A stretch of DNA of 64,000 bases from Hormiphora californensis (Eukaryota > Animalia > Ctenophora), in NCBI GenBank assembly GCA_020137815.1, contig CM035350.1, positions 4,402,001 through 4,466,000 of the forward strand, in the 5' to 3' direction. The notes beneath the pieces are model-generated. The model was not told the DNA's origin. It ran no database searches and worked only from the letters and a program-made list of their open reading frames with translations. Position numbers and translations under genes: made by a program. Positions 1 through 12,308 of the stretch are shown here, one piece after another. The number at the start of each line of letters is the position of its first letter. Within the stretch, counting starts at the first letter, position 1.

Positions 1-400
1 CAAACAAATGGAGAAGAGTTTGAATGGAGCTTATACTCGTATGTTGAGAATGGCACTTAACAAGAACCAGTGGCAACTCCGCATGACTAATGGCACGTTG
101 TATGGTATTGGAGGGTTACCCATTCTCAGCACTAAAATAGCGGAACGAAGACTACGACTTGCCGGACATGCACAACGCCATCCTGAGCTGACCCTCCACA
201 AAGTCCTTCTTTGGGAACCGCTCCATGGTCAAGCCAAACGTGGCAGGCCCTCGAAAACCTTTGTGGATGTTCTACGGCAAGATACGGGTCTGGGAGACGT
301 GAAGGAGATAGCTTCAGTTATGGAGGAACGTGATGCGTGGAGAAAACTTGTTCAAGGCGTTCGGGAATTCCACCCGCCTTAAGTCAAAGTAAGTCAAGTG
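1..400 (+). mobile_element. 3' end of an RTE-clade-like non-LTR retrotransposon (C-terminal part of RT ORF plus short tandem tail)
   Basis: ORF 8-382 has RRLRLAGH...R...LLWEP.HG...RGRP..T...L..D.G....A..M..R..WR, typical of RTE ORF C-termini. The stop is followed by an AAGTC/AAGT repeat tail (381-399). Confidence 0.8.
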
Positions 401-472
401 ATAATAATGACATGTTTTCATTAGAAATGGTGATCCGATCTTGCCCTTTTACTTCTAGAAACACTCGAGAAT

Positions 473-522
473 CAAATAGAAACAAGTTAGTTAGTCATGA
501 CTAACTAACTTGTTTCTATTTG
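473..522. repeat. Perfect 50-bp palindrome
   Basis: caaatagaaacaagttagttagtca|tgactaactaacttgtttctatttg; the arms are exact reverse complements. Confidence 0.9.
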
Positions 523-629
523 TATTTGCTCTCACCCTGTGATAGAGCACTGTCGGCACCCGGTACACTGCAACTGTAACACTCGAGAATCCATCATTGA
601 CCCTTTCCTATACTACCGAGAACTTTGTA

Positions 630-993
630 GAGTAACACGTGTAACGTACCTCTGCCATTGAGTAACACGTGTGTAACGTACCTCTGCCATTGAGTAACAC
701 GTGTAACGTACCTCTGCCATTGAGTAACACGTGTAACGTACCTCTGCCATTGAGTAACACGTGTAACGTACCTCTGCCATTGAGTAACACGTGTAACATA
801 CCTCTGCCATTGAGTAACACGTGTAACGTACCTCTGCCATTGAGTAACACGTGTAACGTACCTCTGCCATTGAGTAACACGTGTAACGTACCTCTGCCAT
901 TGAGTAGCACGTGTAACGTACCTCTGCCATTGAGTAACACGTGTAACATACCTCTGCCATTGAGTAACACGTGTAACGTACCTCTGCCATTGA
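630..993. repeat. 30-bp tandem minisatellite, about 12 copies (left half of an interrupted array)
   Basis: Unit gagtaacacgtgtaacgtacctctgccatt, nearly identical copies. On the minus strand each unit contains the exon end/donor GAG|GTACGT of the CAT gene. Confidence 0.95.
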
Positions 994-3015
994 GTGTGTG
1001 TGTGTGTGTGTTTTGCACCGCCCGTCATTCCTCCCACTTTACTGCCCCACAATGGTCGGCAGACAACCTATATTAATATTTGGCCACATTGATGCCTGAG
1101 TGAGATCGAGGTCGCGCAGCGACCGAGATCGATCTCACATCTAGGCCTCCGGCGCGTTATTGATTTTAGAGCAAACTTTTTCAAAGACCTGGCTGCAAGG
1201 AACTACCGAACCGATTTGCATCTCGTTTGTTGCTCCTGGCAGATAATTGTCTCTAGTTTTACGGAAAATACCCGCGAGTATCAGCATTTGAGGAATAGTG
1301 GGTCAAAATTGACGCTAAACATGAGCAATTCTTTAAAGACCTGGCTGCAAGCTCCTACTCGGTCCTGGGACAATCTGCGGGTACTGGGGGAATCGTCATG
1401 GCCTTGTGAGTATGGGAAAATACCCGCCGATTCATCACGATGCGAAATGAGGCCATAATTGATCTTTGAGCAGTGCTAGGTCAGCTAAAAAGGTCTCCAA
1501 AAACGGTCTATCACGCGCGATCTGCTGAAAACGTGCTTTAATATCGCGCGCACGTGAGTTCTTGCTCTCAACGGACCGGGATCCTATTATTCGCGGAGCG
1601 AGAATAGGATGCGATGGATCCAATATTAATATCACTCTTCGCCACCGTCCCCCACACGTAGGGATAATGTTGATGTTGTTCCGGTTTGGGTCCTGGTATT
1701 TTGTCGAGCAAGCTCAACATTTCCCTCGAACCTTCGCCGGCATCACAAGAAGAGTATTTGATACAGTGAATCTAATATTAGACTGACATACCTATATTGT
1801 CAGGACAATGGATGGAATTTACCTGTCTCACAGACTGGTCTTTGGTTACTACTGCTCCAGGGAGCTGTAGAGGTAGGTGGGTTGCCGGATATGACAATAC
1901 CGTGGGTTCACCATCTAATCGGTGACGGCTGAAATATCTTATCACACCTCAGGTCTTTGGTCAAAACCGCTAGCAGTACTTATCAGCATGCAACCTGGGG
2001 GTCCGGACAGCTAATTTCTTAGCAAGCACAGATAAGCATGAAAAACGCTTATGTAAACTTCTGGTGAGCATTTGGCAAATTATCAGCTCCCAGGGGTTGC
2101 ACTATTGCGGGGTAATTACTTGCCATACGGCGGAGTTGGCCCTTTGTTATGGCCCAGACCTGCCCTACCTTAATAGTGGGTCCCTTATGATGTGGTTTTG
2201 TTGGAATCCCCCGGCCGTAGCGATTCTTGCCCTGTGGTTTGCTACTTCTTTCAGGTCGGGATAGTTAGGGATGGTTTAATCGAATAGGTTACTTTTGGCT
2301 ATTAGTTTGGAGAATTTTACCAAATCAAGTGTGTTGCTTGATCTGTTTGTTAGTGAGGAGGATTGTTCTAGATATATTGCAAAGGTAGTATGTGGCAAAA
2401 ATTTGGGCAGAGGTTCCCCAGGGGAATAACCCCTATTTTTGCGAGAGAAGGTAACCTCCGTCCGATCAATATGGGATGTTGGACAGGAGGGCTGTTTTAA
2501 AGGCTACAGCTGCCGGGTGATTACAAATCATGGGTTGCCATAATTGAGGGAGGCTAGTTCTCTGGCGTAGAATTTACCCCCATAATTAAATGGGAGACAG
2601 CCGAAGGGTCATCAGGCATGCCTAGTAGGCAGAGGCCCTCGGTGATTACAAATCATGGGTTGCCATGTGTAACAAGGTTACTGGCTGGGGTGAGATTATC
2701 AGTTCAACCGGGATCCCCACTAAGACTCAGCCCGACGACCGACCGACAAACGATCGATCAACGACTGATATCAATCGTCAACCAACCGCTCATCAATCGA
2801 CCGCCGAACCAAATCCCAGCAGGGACCAGCCGCACTGCAAGAGCTCGGTGCCATAGTTGAGTTCGGCAAGGTCTCTGGCAAAGTTTACTCCCCAAGATTG
2901 GGGAGAGAGCCGGTGTGATTTGACCGTAATCACTGGACCATCAGCCAACCAGGTCCACGGCAACGGGACTGAGCTCGAAGAACTCAGCTGGCACGAAGAA
3001 CCTGAGTTCCCCCCG
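994..3015 (-). mobile_element. About 2-kb non-coding insertion splitting the 30-bp array; (CA)n 3' tail; putative non-autonomous retroelement (may hold a nested piece at ~1072-1631)
   Basis: Flanked by ctgccattga at 984-993 and 3016-3025. (GT)8 at 994-1010 reads gcaaaa(CA)n on the minus strand. Blocks at 2491-2643 and 2844-2911 match 63878-64000 in reverse complement. No convincing ORF. Confidence 0.6.
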
Positions 3016-3662
3016 CTGCCATTGAATAACACGTGTAACGTACCTCTGCCATTGAGTAACACGTGTAACGTACCTCTGCCATTGAGTAACACGTGTAACG
3101 TACCTCTGCCATTGAGTAACACGTGTAACGTACCTCTGCCATTGAGTAACACGTGTAACGTACCTCTGCCATTGAGTAACACGTGTAACGTACCTCTGCC
3201 ATTGAGTAACACGTGTAACGTACCTCTGCCATTGAGTAACACGTGTAACGTACCTCTGCCATTGAGTAACACGTGTAACGTACCTCTGCCATTGAGTAAC
3301 ACGTGTAACGTACCTCTGCCATTGAGTAACACATGTATTGTACCTCTGCCATTGAGTAACACGTGTAACGTACCTCTACCATTGAGTAACACGTGTAACG
3401 TACCTCTGCCATTGAGTAACACGTGTAACGTACCTCTGCCATTGAGTAACACGTGTAACGTACCTCTGCCATTGAGTAACACGTGTAACGTACCTCTGCC
3501 ATTGAGTAACACGTGTAACGTACCTCTGCCATTGAGTAACACGTGTAACGTACCTCTGCCATTGAGTAACACGTGTAACGTACCTCTGCAATTGAGTAAC
3601 ACGTGTGTAACGTACCTCTGCCATTAAGTAACACGTGTATAACGTACCTCTGCCATTGAGTA
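3016..3662. repeat. 30-bp tandem minisatellite, about 21 copies (right half), starting inside the CAT exon end
   Basis: Same unit as 630-993. The outermost copy overlaps codons YSMAE and the donor at 3647. Confidence 0.95.
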
Positions 3663-6022
3663 GATGACTCGGACGGTAGTGGTGAGTGTACAGAGTCCAC
3701 AGGAGAAAACCGTGAATATCAAACCAGCTATCTCTATGTACTGGATTACTACTAGACCTGAAGGAGAGATAGACGTGACGGGAAGATGAGTAAAATTCAA
3801 GTCGGTGAATGTCCCTGGCAAGAGAGAAAGGGGCCTACACGGAGTCTTTAGGACACAGATAAAGAGGGGGACTAAATATGATAACCTACCTTTTTCTTGA
3901 AGTGCTCCGATGAATCCCGTAGTCCCGTCAATAGAGTACCAGGGCACAAAGTAGGCGATGGAGAAGGCTGTGAGAGCGTAGAACACCAAGACAAACAGGA
4001 AGGATATAAAAGTGGCCCGTGGTAGGTCTCGTTTGGGGTTCACTGCCTCCTCTGCTAGACACACTACCGATTCCAGTCCGACAAAGGCAAAGAATGCCAC
4101 CCCTGCCCCTGACACAATGCCACTCAGACCGAATGGTGCGAACCCAGTCCGACCACTAGCAGGGTCAACCACTTTAGAGAGGTTATCCACGTCCCCGTAA
4201 ATGAGGCCAGTTATAATGAATATAGTGAGGGAGAGGGAGGATATAGCTAGAATTGCCGTGTTTAGCAGTGCCACACCCTTGATCCCCACTATATTGATCG
4301 CCATGAAGATGATCATAACGGCCACTGCCAGCAGGTCCGTATGAAGCATCCAGCTGGGGAAGGTGGACTCCTGCCAGGTGGACACTGTTCCATTCAGCAG
4401 GAACCTATCCAGGTTATCCGATATACCCAGAGTTAGGATTGGAGGTTGGATAATAAGCTCTCCAATCAGGAACATGCCCACCACGGCTGAGGCGAACTCG
4501 CCCAGAGAGAAGTAACTGTACACGTAGGCACTGCCCGTACATGTGTACCTGAGAGAGGATGATACATGTGTCAGAAGTTGGTTACGAAGTCACCCCTTTT
4601 ATTGCAATAATAACAGAGGGGTAATTTCATTACCAATGTCAGAAGGAGGGTCTTGAGAACAAGCTAGAACTTTGAAAGGAATCACTCCCAATCCCATTGC
4701 TCCCCGTTATACTAGAGAGGCCGGATTTTACTTCCACATGGCACCTACCAGGTAGGTGTGGTAGGTCCTACCTTGATGCGAGGTCTGAGTAGCATAGGAC
4801 GGATAACCCAGCAGCAATTCCAGAGAGAAGGTAGCTGATACAGGTGGCAGGTCCAGCTACCGTTTGTACTATCGTCGGGGTTATCACAAATATACCTGTA
4901 GTAGAAGATGTCTAGTTACAAATAGATCTGGTAGTATGGGATGTAGTGTGTCTCCCCCACTCAGCATGACATAATAATGGATGGTTATTTAGTGGGTGGT
5001 AGTACACCACCCACGGTACCCCCATGCCACCCATGCTGGTAATATCACTGATAAAATACTCGACGACGCAACGAATTAATTAAATATCATCTTTACCAGA
5101 CATATAGAATTGACAGTGACAACTCGCGTTCTCCTCCCCTCCCTCCTATTTATCATTAGTTTCTTTGCAGTGTAAAAAACAAGGAGGACATCATGATAAT
5201 TGGGGACATCTCAAGACACGAACCTGAACCTCAATAACTAGGTAAATTTCCCAGACACCCTTCCACTGATGGTGCCCCCTATAAATGATTTGCTACGTAA
5301 GACCACCCACCATGATTTGATTGAGTTGTACCCTTGTCATGAAATAAAACTAAAAATTCAGATTCAAGTGAGTGGAATAACACTGATTTCGCAGTGTCAC
5401 TCATTGAAGGGTACCCACTCGAATATGTATCAAATATGGCGGACCCCGTTTGGGTTCCTAATCTGAACTAATATCGGGTCGGGTCGGCACCGTCAGACAG
5501 CTCATTTATCAGTCCCAATTATCATCTTTCTCACAGTCTAACACAGGCCTCCCTATATTGTCTCATTAAAAACCGCTCTGATCTCATGTTCTCTATTCGC
5601 TAAATATCACACCTCTCCAGTTTTAGGTGCTACAACAGACTCATAGTTGCACCAGTTGGTGTACATTGTACACTGTACATGGAAATTGGGAAATGTTTCC
5701 CAATTCCCAAAGTTACACTTTAGTGGTTATGGGGTGAATCAGGATAGTACTATACAATCTACATACCAGGAACCGACAGAAACAAGTAAGCAACCAATCA
5801 GAAATCGTTATTTAGGCCACGTGACTGGTTATCAGCCAATCAGGGACCAGTATTTCCTGATTCGGTCGGTTCCTGCTACATACCTGCACCCAGCATGTGG
5901 GCTAGTCCCTGAACAATAAGGGGCATGAGGGTGAGGCACTTGCTGAGCTTGTTTGAACTCCCCCGATCCTCCCTGACCTGTACCATACGCTCCCCGATAC
6001 TTGGGGAGCCACAACGAAACAT
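3648..6022 (-). CDS. Cationic amino acid transporter (SLC7A1-4/CAT family, APC superfamily), 5' exons; the remainder is not found in the window
   Basis: Exons 6022-5884 (LSKCLTLMPLIVQGLAHMLGAG), 4895-4772 (IFV...AGPATCISYLLSG...LCYSDLASR), 4548-3890 (GSAYVYSYFSLGE...GFAPFGLSGIVSGAGVAFFAFVGLE...AEEAVNPKRDLP) and 3757-3648 (RVIYSMAE). GT-AG boundaries are phase-compatible. Confidence 0.85.
5767..5875. mobile_element. 109-bp hAT-type MITE
   Basis: TIRs caggaaccgac...gtcggttcctg; 8-bp TSD ctacatac (5759-5766 and 5876-5883). Confidence 0.9.
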
Positions 6023-6602
6023 AACACACTTCTGAGAGAGACACACACAATTAAAAATAAGACAAAGAAGGAGAGAGGTAGAGAGAGATAGAGAGAGAGA
6101 GAGAGAATTAAAAAGACAAAGAAAGATAGACCACCTCATGGAGAGACGAGATGAAAGAGAAGACAATGTGTATCTATACAATAATACACGTGAGGGGAGC
6201 TGTACATTGTACAATGTACAATGTACAATATGGTACAATACTATACACACACTGCATAACGTGCTCGTGAGCACACGGCTATATATTTCTGATATTTGCA
6301 ACTCAAGACCAAGATTTGGTAAATGTGACTATTTTATCGTTATTCAATAGGAGCAGCTGGGGAAAAGCTGGCTCAACAGGCCCCAGCAAATGTAAAGGTA
6401 AAAGGAGGGTCAGAACATAACATATAACAAGAAAAAGGGTAATTTTAAAGGAATATTAGCACGTATAGTCGAAACAGATCGGCTGCTCGGTAGCACGATG
6501 ATAAAAGGAGTACAATAAGAAGGGAGAAGGGAGCGGTAAAGCTAAAACGGAAGGGGAGGCATTGTACTTAAACACCATCTATCTTTTTTCTTTTGTTTCT
6601 CT

Positions 6603-6606
<4 letters not shown>

Positions 6607-6680
<74 letters not shown>
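6607..6680. repeat. (TC)n microsatellite
   Basis: Direct reading. Confidence 0.95.
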
Positions 6681-6684
<4 letters not shown>

Positions 6685-8841
6685 TCTCTCCCTCTCCCTT
6701 TGTAAGCTGGCCTAACTACACTTTGATAATCCTGAATCCGGAAAAGAGTGAGAGAAAATGAGGTCTAGTAGGTCGGGGTAAGCGAGAGCAAGATACAAAA
6801 TATGCAACTACTAATTATAATTAGCTTGATTTGTAAGCCCCCAATGGGTATTGGTGGTAACGAGACGAGAATTCGAGCAGTTGACCAAGTAGTTCAAAGA
6901 GACAACGGCTGGTTATTTCACATAATTTCACAGGGCAATGCAAGGAGTAGGTACAAATAAACAAAAGACAAAATTCCATCGAGCAATAAATAATTCAAGC
7001 CATTCTTCTAAATTTGGTTCCTACTGCATGTGAATTTGATCACTAATTATGAGTTTGTGGAACTCAGGGGCTGTGATATATTGATTTTCTCCCCTGCATT
7101 CTCTCTGACTCTCTCATCTTCGCTCTCGTTGCTCTCAAATTATCTGTCCCGCTTTATGATCCCCTCTAACCACTGCTGCCACCAACAGGTGGTAGCTATG
7201 GAGTTGTGCAATCTCTGCATTTTCTATTTCTCTCCCTCTCTTTCTCTCCCTCTCTTTCTCTCCCTCTCTTTCTCTCCCTCTCTTTCTCTCCCTCTCTTTC
7301 TCTCCCTCTCTTTCTCTCCCTCTCTGGCCAACTTCTTTTTCTATCTCTACAACATAACCTAGTATCTACATAACTTTTTGATGTGAACCGAAACAGAAGT
7401 GGCGTTCAACTCCCTGCATGCTGTGACGTTCACATTTATTATAGCCCTCCTCTACCCCCAGCCTCAAAACCATCTCTGACCTGCTAACCATCACCCCCGC
7501 CATCACAACAACCCCCCCCCCCCTGACAGACCCCCTGCCTACCATCTCATCCCTTCTGACAGCACCCCCACCCCCTGCCAACTCAACCTGACATCTGCAC
7601 GACCACCCCCCCCCCCCCCCAGTGGAACATGACAACAGCTTATTACGCAACCCAAGAATCGGTCAAATCAATAAAGCCGGGATGAACAAATTACAGAGGG
7701 ACAACTCTATTACCCCACTTTAAAGAATCACATCTAAATGACCATATTTGTTCAAAATATGATGTTTTGCGCGATTGGGGGAGCTGCTTGACGTTCCGAT
7801 ATTTAATGGTATTGGGAAACCATTGAGATCAGAGTAGTCCATTTCATATATATATATATTAGAGCTGGGATAGCTATCGATAGACAGAGAGAAAGGTAGA
7901 GAAGGCTGCGAAGGATAGAGAAGGATAGTTTAATATCCTTATCGTTTTGAAAGGACGATTGGAAAAGGACAATTTAATGATATATGCAGCCTGCAGCTAT
8001 CTCCAGTGAGGAGGGATATCATTAGGGAAACTAGATAGATAGAGGTGCCGGCCTTATAATGAAAGTGCTCAGGAACATCTCGGGATAGCAAGGTCCAACA
8101 CATAAATTGGACGCTTGTATAGTGGTAATGTGAAGTGATGTCAAACAAAGTAATGTCCTAAGATATGTACTGAAAAGCGGAGTACAATATATAATCCATG
8201 GGGATAAAATGAACCTATCCGCTTATATTGTTGCTTTGTACATCTCAATTGTCCATATCATTACAAGTTGTAATATTATATCTGATATAGCTTGATTGTA
8301 ATAGGACAATTGAGACTCGGTCTCGATATGATACATGTGTTCATAAATTACATATAAAAGGAGGGATATACAGATGGCCTTTAGTTATGGGGCATGAGAA
8401 TATAGAAGTAGTAGTAGTGAACTGTACTTCTTGAAGGAGCATACAATGGTAGTTAATTCTGAGAAAAAGAGTTAATCAAGTGAAACACACAGCAGCTATA
8501 TAAGAACAATGAATTGTAGTGTATATCGAGCCAGCAGCAGGAGAATCACACAGTCACCAATAACACACATCACTACAAGAGACAATGCAGGGATGCTGGC
8601 CACGTGGTAGCACTGTGCATGTGGGCACCCTTCCCATCCATCTTATGTTCTGTGTTTCAGGTATATATCGGTGATGTGTAGATGGAAGTTATATTTGGGC
8701 CCCAGACCAAATAAAAGAAGACTCTCGATGAATAAACTGTAGGTAAGTGCAGTAATGGAACTCGAGCTTGAGAGACGAGACAGTGATTGAAAAAAAGACA
8801 GCAAGATCGATTAAATAGTCATAGAGCAAGGGGGTGTAAAT

Positions 8842-9180
<339 letters not shown>

Positions 9181-9864
9181 AAAAAACGAGTTCAATGTTT
9201 GTTTTAGGAAGTCGTTTAGCTACATGCAGAGTGGTTTAGTTTACTTGACATGTTGTCGAACTAGACGGCAACAGATTTGTGTCTAATTGCGAACTAAATT
9301 GTTTGGATAACCGGTATAATTTACTGCTCAGCTACTGCTCAATTACCAATTACAATTATCTCGCCAATTTTTGTCCCTATCTTAGGAATCTGGACTATTA
9401 CAATCAAACATCACGGAATTTTGCTCAGAGTACAAGTAATAATAATGCTGAAACGGATAAAGAAACATCTGAAAGTGCATTCACTGGCAATGAGACCCAA
9501 CACTGATAGATCCCTCTTTCTCGGGACTCGGTTAATGCACAAAGAAAAGAAAATATTACAACAAGGCTCTTGGGGTGACGAAATTCTAGGAAATCAAGAT
9601 TATTCTCCCACAGCTCACAAGCAAGTCATTTCTCAGTCACACTCTGATCTTCTGCTAAGGTTATATCTGATTCCAGGAAATTATCCAACCTAGTTAGTGT
9701 CCAAGCCAAGGTTATTTCCTCACTTCACAGCTATCCAAACAAATCCAGTTCCAGGAACACACCCACCCCTAACATTCCCCGGGAATCTCCCGTTCCAAGA
9801 ACAGCAACTGGGATTCCGGAAGTCCAAGTTCTGACAAAATGTTCCAAAAAGTTACAAGACACTG

Positions 9865-10887
9865 CTAAGATCCACCCCTAAAGACGTCTTCTAATAGCAC
9901 ATACACAACAAATAGTCCTGTAAGAAAGAGGCCCCCAATTAAAAATGCAATGTAGGAAAACGTGGCAGCTGTTTTGGAGTGGATCCTTGCATTGGGCATA
10001 TCGGAGTGTTTTCTGTATTGTCCTGCCTTCTTGGAATGATGCCAGGCCAGGCACCCTAAGGGAGGGCACACTATCAGAGCCAGGATGGCCAGATGAATGT
10101 TTGTTCGAGGGGTGGGAAGTTTGGATTCCTGGGCGTTCTGCATCGAGAGTAGAGCAGAGAGAACCTTCCTCTTGATCACTGGGGAGAGTGTAGCCACTAA
10201 CCTGCTAGCAGGTACAGCTGCAGGGGCCCTCTCACCCCTCCCACTACCGGGCTGCCCCATCACGATCCCATCAAATGAAAACCTACTCTTCTTACTAGGG
10301 GATATATCCAGGGCGATTGACATGTCATTGTCACTAGTTGAGTTCGTGTCGGCCGTCTGAAAGTGTGCTGTTTTGGAGGCACTGATCGGTGGTTTTCTGG
10401 TTCGTTCTGATTGTAGGGCGGTGGGTCTGGAGGAGGGAGCGGTGTCATTATCAGGTTGTGTTGAACCACGGGACTTTTGTCGCTTCGAGGAAGACTTCCC
10501 GGGACCAGGCTTCTTGGGTCGGGTTACCTACAAATGAAATGACATAATATGACAAATTGTGGAGGACAAGGATCATGATCATGTGTAAGGGGATGTGGCG
10601 GATGGAGGGGAAAACTGATTTGTTTGATCTCATCATTGAATAGGTGATTACTTTATGTAAACAGCCTATTGCTGTTTACATAAAGTACTCACCTATTCAA
10701 GGATGAGATCAAACAAATCAGTCATGATCATGGTCCACAAATGAAAATGTAACAAATATTTGTTGAGTAAACAAACAAGTGTTCTAGTATTTACCCGTTT
10801 AGGAGGTGTTGAGGCTTCATCAGCAGGTTTGATTTCCTCTGAGTCGGACAGTGCAGTTGTACCTGTTCGAGGAGAGGGAGGTAACAT
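9865..10887 (-). CDS. CD225/dispanin-family (IFITM/PRRT/SynDIG-like) membrane protein
   Basis: C-terminal PRTNIHLAILALIVCPPLGCLAWHHSKKA...SDMPNARIHSKTA...TM fits the CD225 pattern. The open frame extends to an acceptor at 10528. An upstream phase-0 exon ends at 10795 (…PPKR|gtaaat). The true start is uncertain (ATG 10887 or acceptor 10863). Confidence 0.75.
10614..10721. repeat. About 108-bp near-perfect hairpin (tiny MITE-like) in an intron
   Basis: actgatttgtttgatctcatc...gtaaacagc / gctgtttac...gatgagatcaaacaaatcagt; arms of ~51 bp, 5-nt loop. Confidence 0.85.
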
Positions 10888-11206
10888 AGGGGAAGGAGAG
10901 GGAGGTAATACCAGGCCATAGGGAAATAATAGGGCTGTCTGGCACCACTGACCCCATCTTAGCGCACTGTCGCTCAGATTTGAGAATACAATTTGGGTCT
11001 GGCGCCGCCAGACAGGGCTACCTAGGATGACAATAGCAAACTACTATTTACTAAATCCAATATCAAAATTAAACTACGACGGGACTACTACCTAAGTTTT
11101 GATCACGACGGAGTTTGAGTTGTTCAAAGTAAATTGAGTTGAGAATGTCAAGGTTTCCTGGCTTCATTACACATCATACACCACCGAACGTGTGGGAAAA
11201 GAGAGC

Positions 11207-11355
<149 letters not shown>

Positions 11356-11553
11356 GTAAAAGAAGAACCAATTACCAAGTACGTAAGCACCATGAGGTAC
11401 CAGTGATTAAGTCACATGTGTATGGCTAATTAAACGCAATTAAAATCTCCCAGAAAAAAGCCCACACTGTATGCAAGACTAATGTGAATGCAAAAAGGCT
11501 ACGTAAAAACACACGTGTAAAATGTGTAGGGAGCCTAATTGGAAGCAGCTAAC

Positions 11554-12308
11554 GGGGGGGACGTCACCTTTTTTTTTGCCCACTGCCCACATTATTCTTA
11601 AATTTTGAATTTGCCCACATGGGCAAAAGTGGGCAAAAGTGGGCAAAAGTAGGCAAAAGTAGGCAAAAAATTTAAATCCATAAAAAATATATGCTATCAA
11701 CCAGGTAATCGTCTGTGACAAAGGTTTTTCACCACCAATGTTCTCCTAGAGGTCCCCCCTATCGATTCCAACCGATAATTTATTTGCTCAGGGTTGATAA
11801 GGCTCCATATCCAACTGGGAAAATGGGCAAAATATGTTGGCAAAATTAGGAAAATTGATCATTTTAGGCACGTTTCTCACATGGTTGGAGTGGAAAATTT
11901 TTCTGGTTTTTCTGGGACCCCATTGGAGTACAATGCAAGTGGAAAACCTTTGTTATGTATCAGTTCCCTAAATAGCCCCAAAATGACGAAAAATCACTGG
12001 CCTTTGCCTAATTTTGCCAAATTTTTTTGCCCACTTTTGTCCAGTCGGACATGGAGCCTTATCAACCCTAAGTCATAAGTAAGTACATTAATTATCGGTT
12101 GGAATCGATAGAGGGGACCTCTTGGAAGACATTGGAGGTGAAAAACATTTGTCACAGAGGGTTTTCTGGTAAAGTTTTGATGCTTATAATATTTTTGCCC
12201 ACTTTTTGCCCACTTTGCCCACATTATACCTGTTTTTTGAGATTTTGGTTTGCCCATGTGGGCAAATGTGGGCAAAAGTGGGCAAAAAAAAAGGTGACGT
12301 CCCCCCCC
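11554..12308. mobile_element. Non-autonomous DNA transposon with long TIRs (MULE/Merlin-like)
   Basis: Termini gggggggacgtcaccttttttttt / aaaaaaaaaggtgacgtccccccc. Imperfect TIRs of about 290 bp contain gggcaaaagt repeats. TSD cagctaac (11546-11553 and 12309-12316). Confidence 0.85.

Noticed and set aside
2510-2570. Twister-like GAUUACAAAUC segment
   Set aside because: No P1/UAA/P2 partner elements, and the segment is absent from the related copy at 63900.
2608-2616. CUGAUGA hammerhead core on the minus strand
   Set aside because: No GAAA or stem III in register, and the homologous copy reads CUGUUGA.
630-3662. CRISPR-like array or repeat proteins (ORFs such as TQWQRYVTRV and NVPLPLSNTC)
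   Set aside because: Head-to-tail units with no unique spacers, no cas genes and a eukaryotic context. The ORFs exist only because the 30-mer lacks stops in most frames.
4992-5075. Possible alternative first exon of the CAT gene
   Set aside because: Contains a stop or frameshift and is largely a small hairpin (gtgggtggt-agtac-accacccac); the exon at 5884-6022 fits properly.
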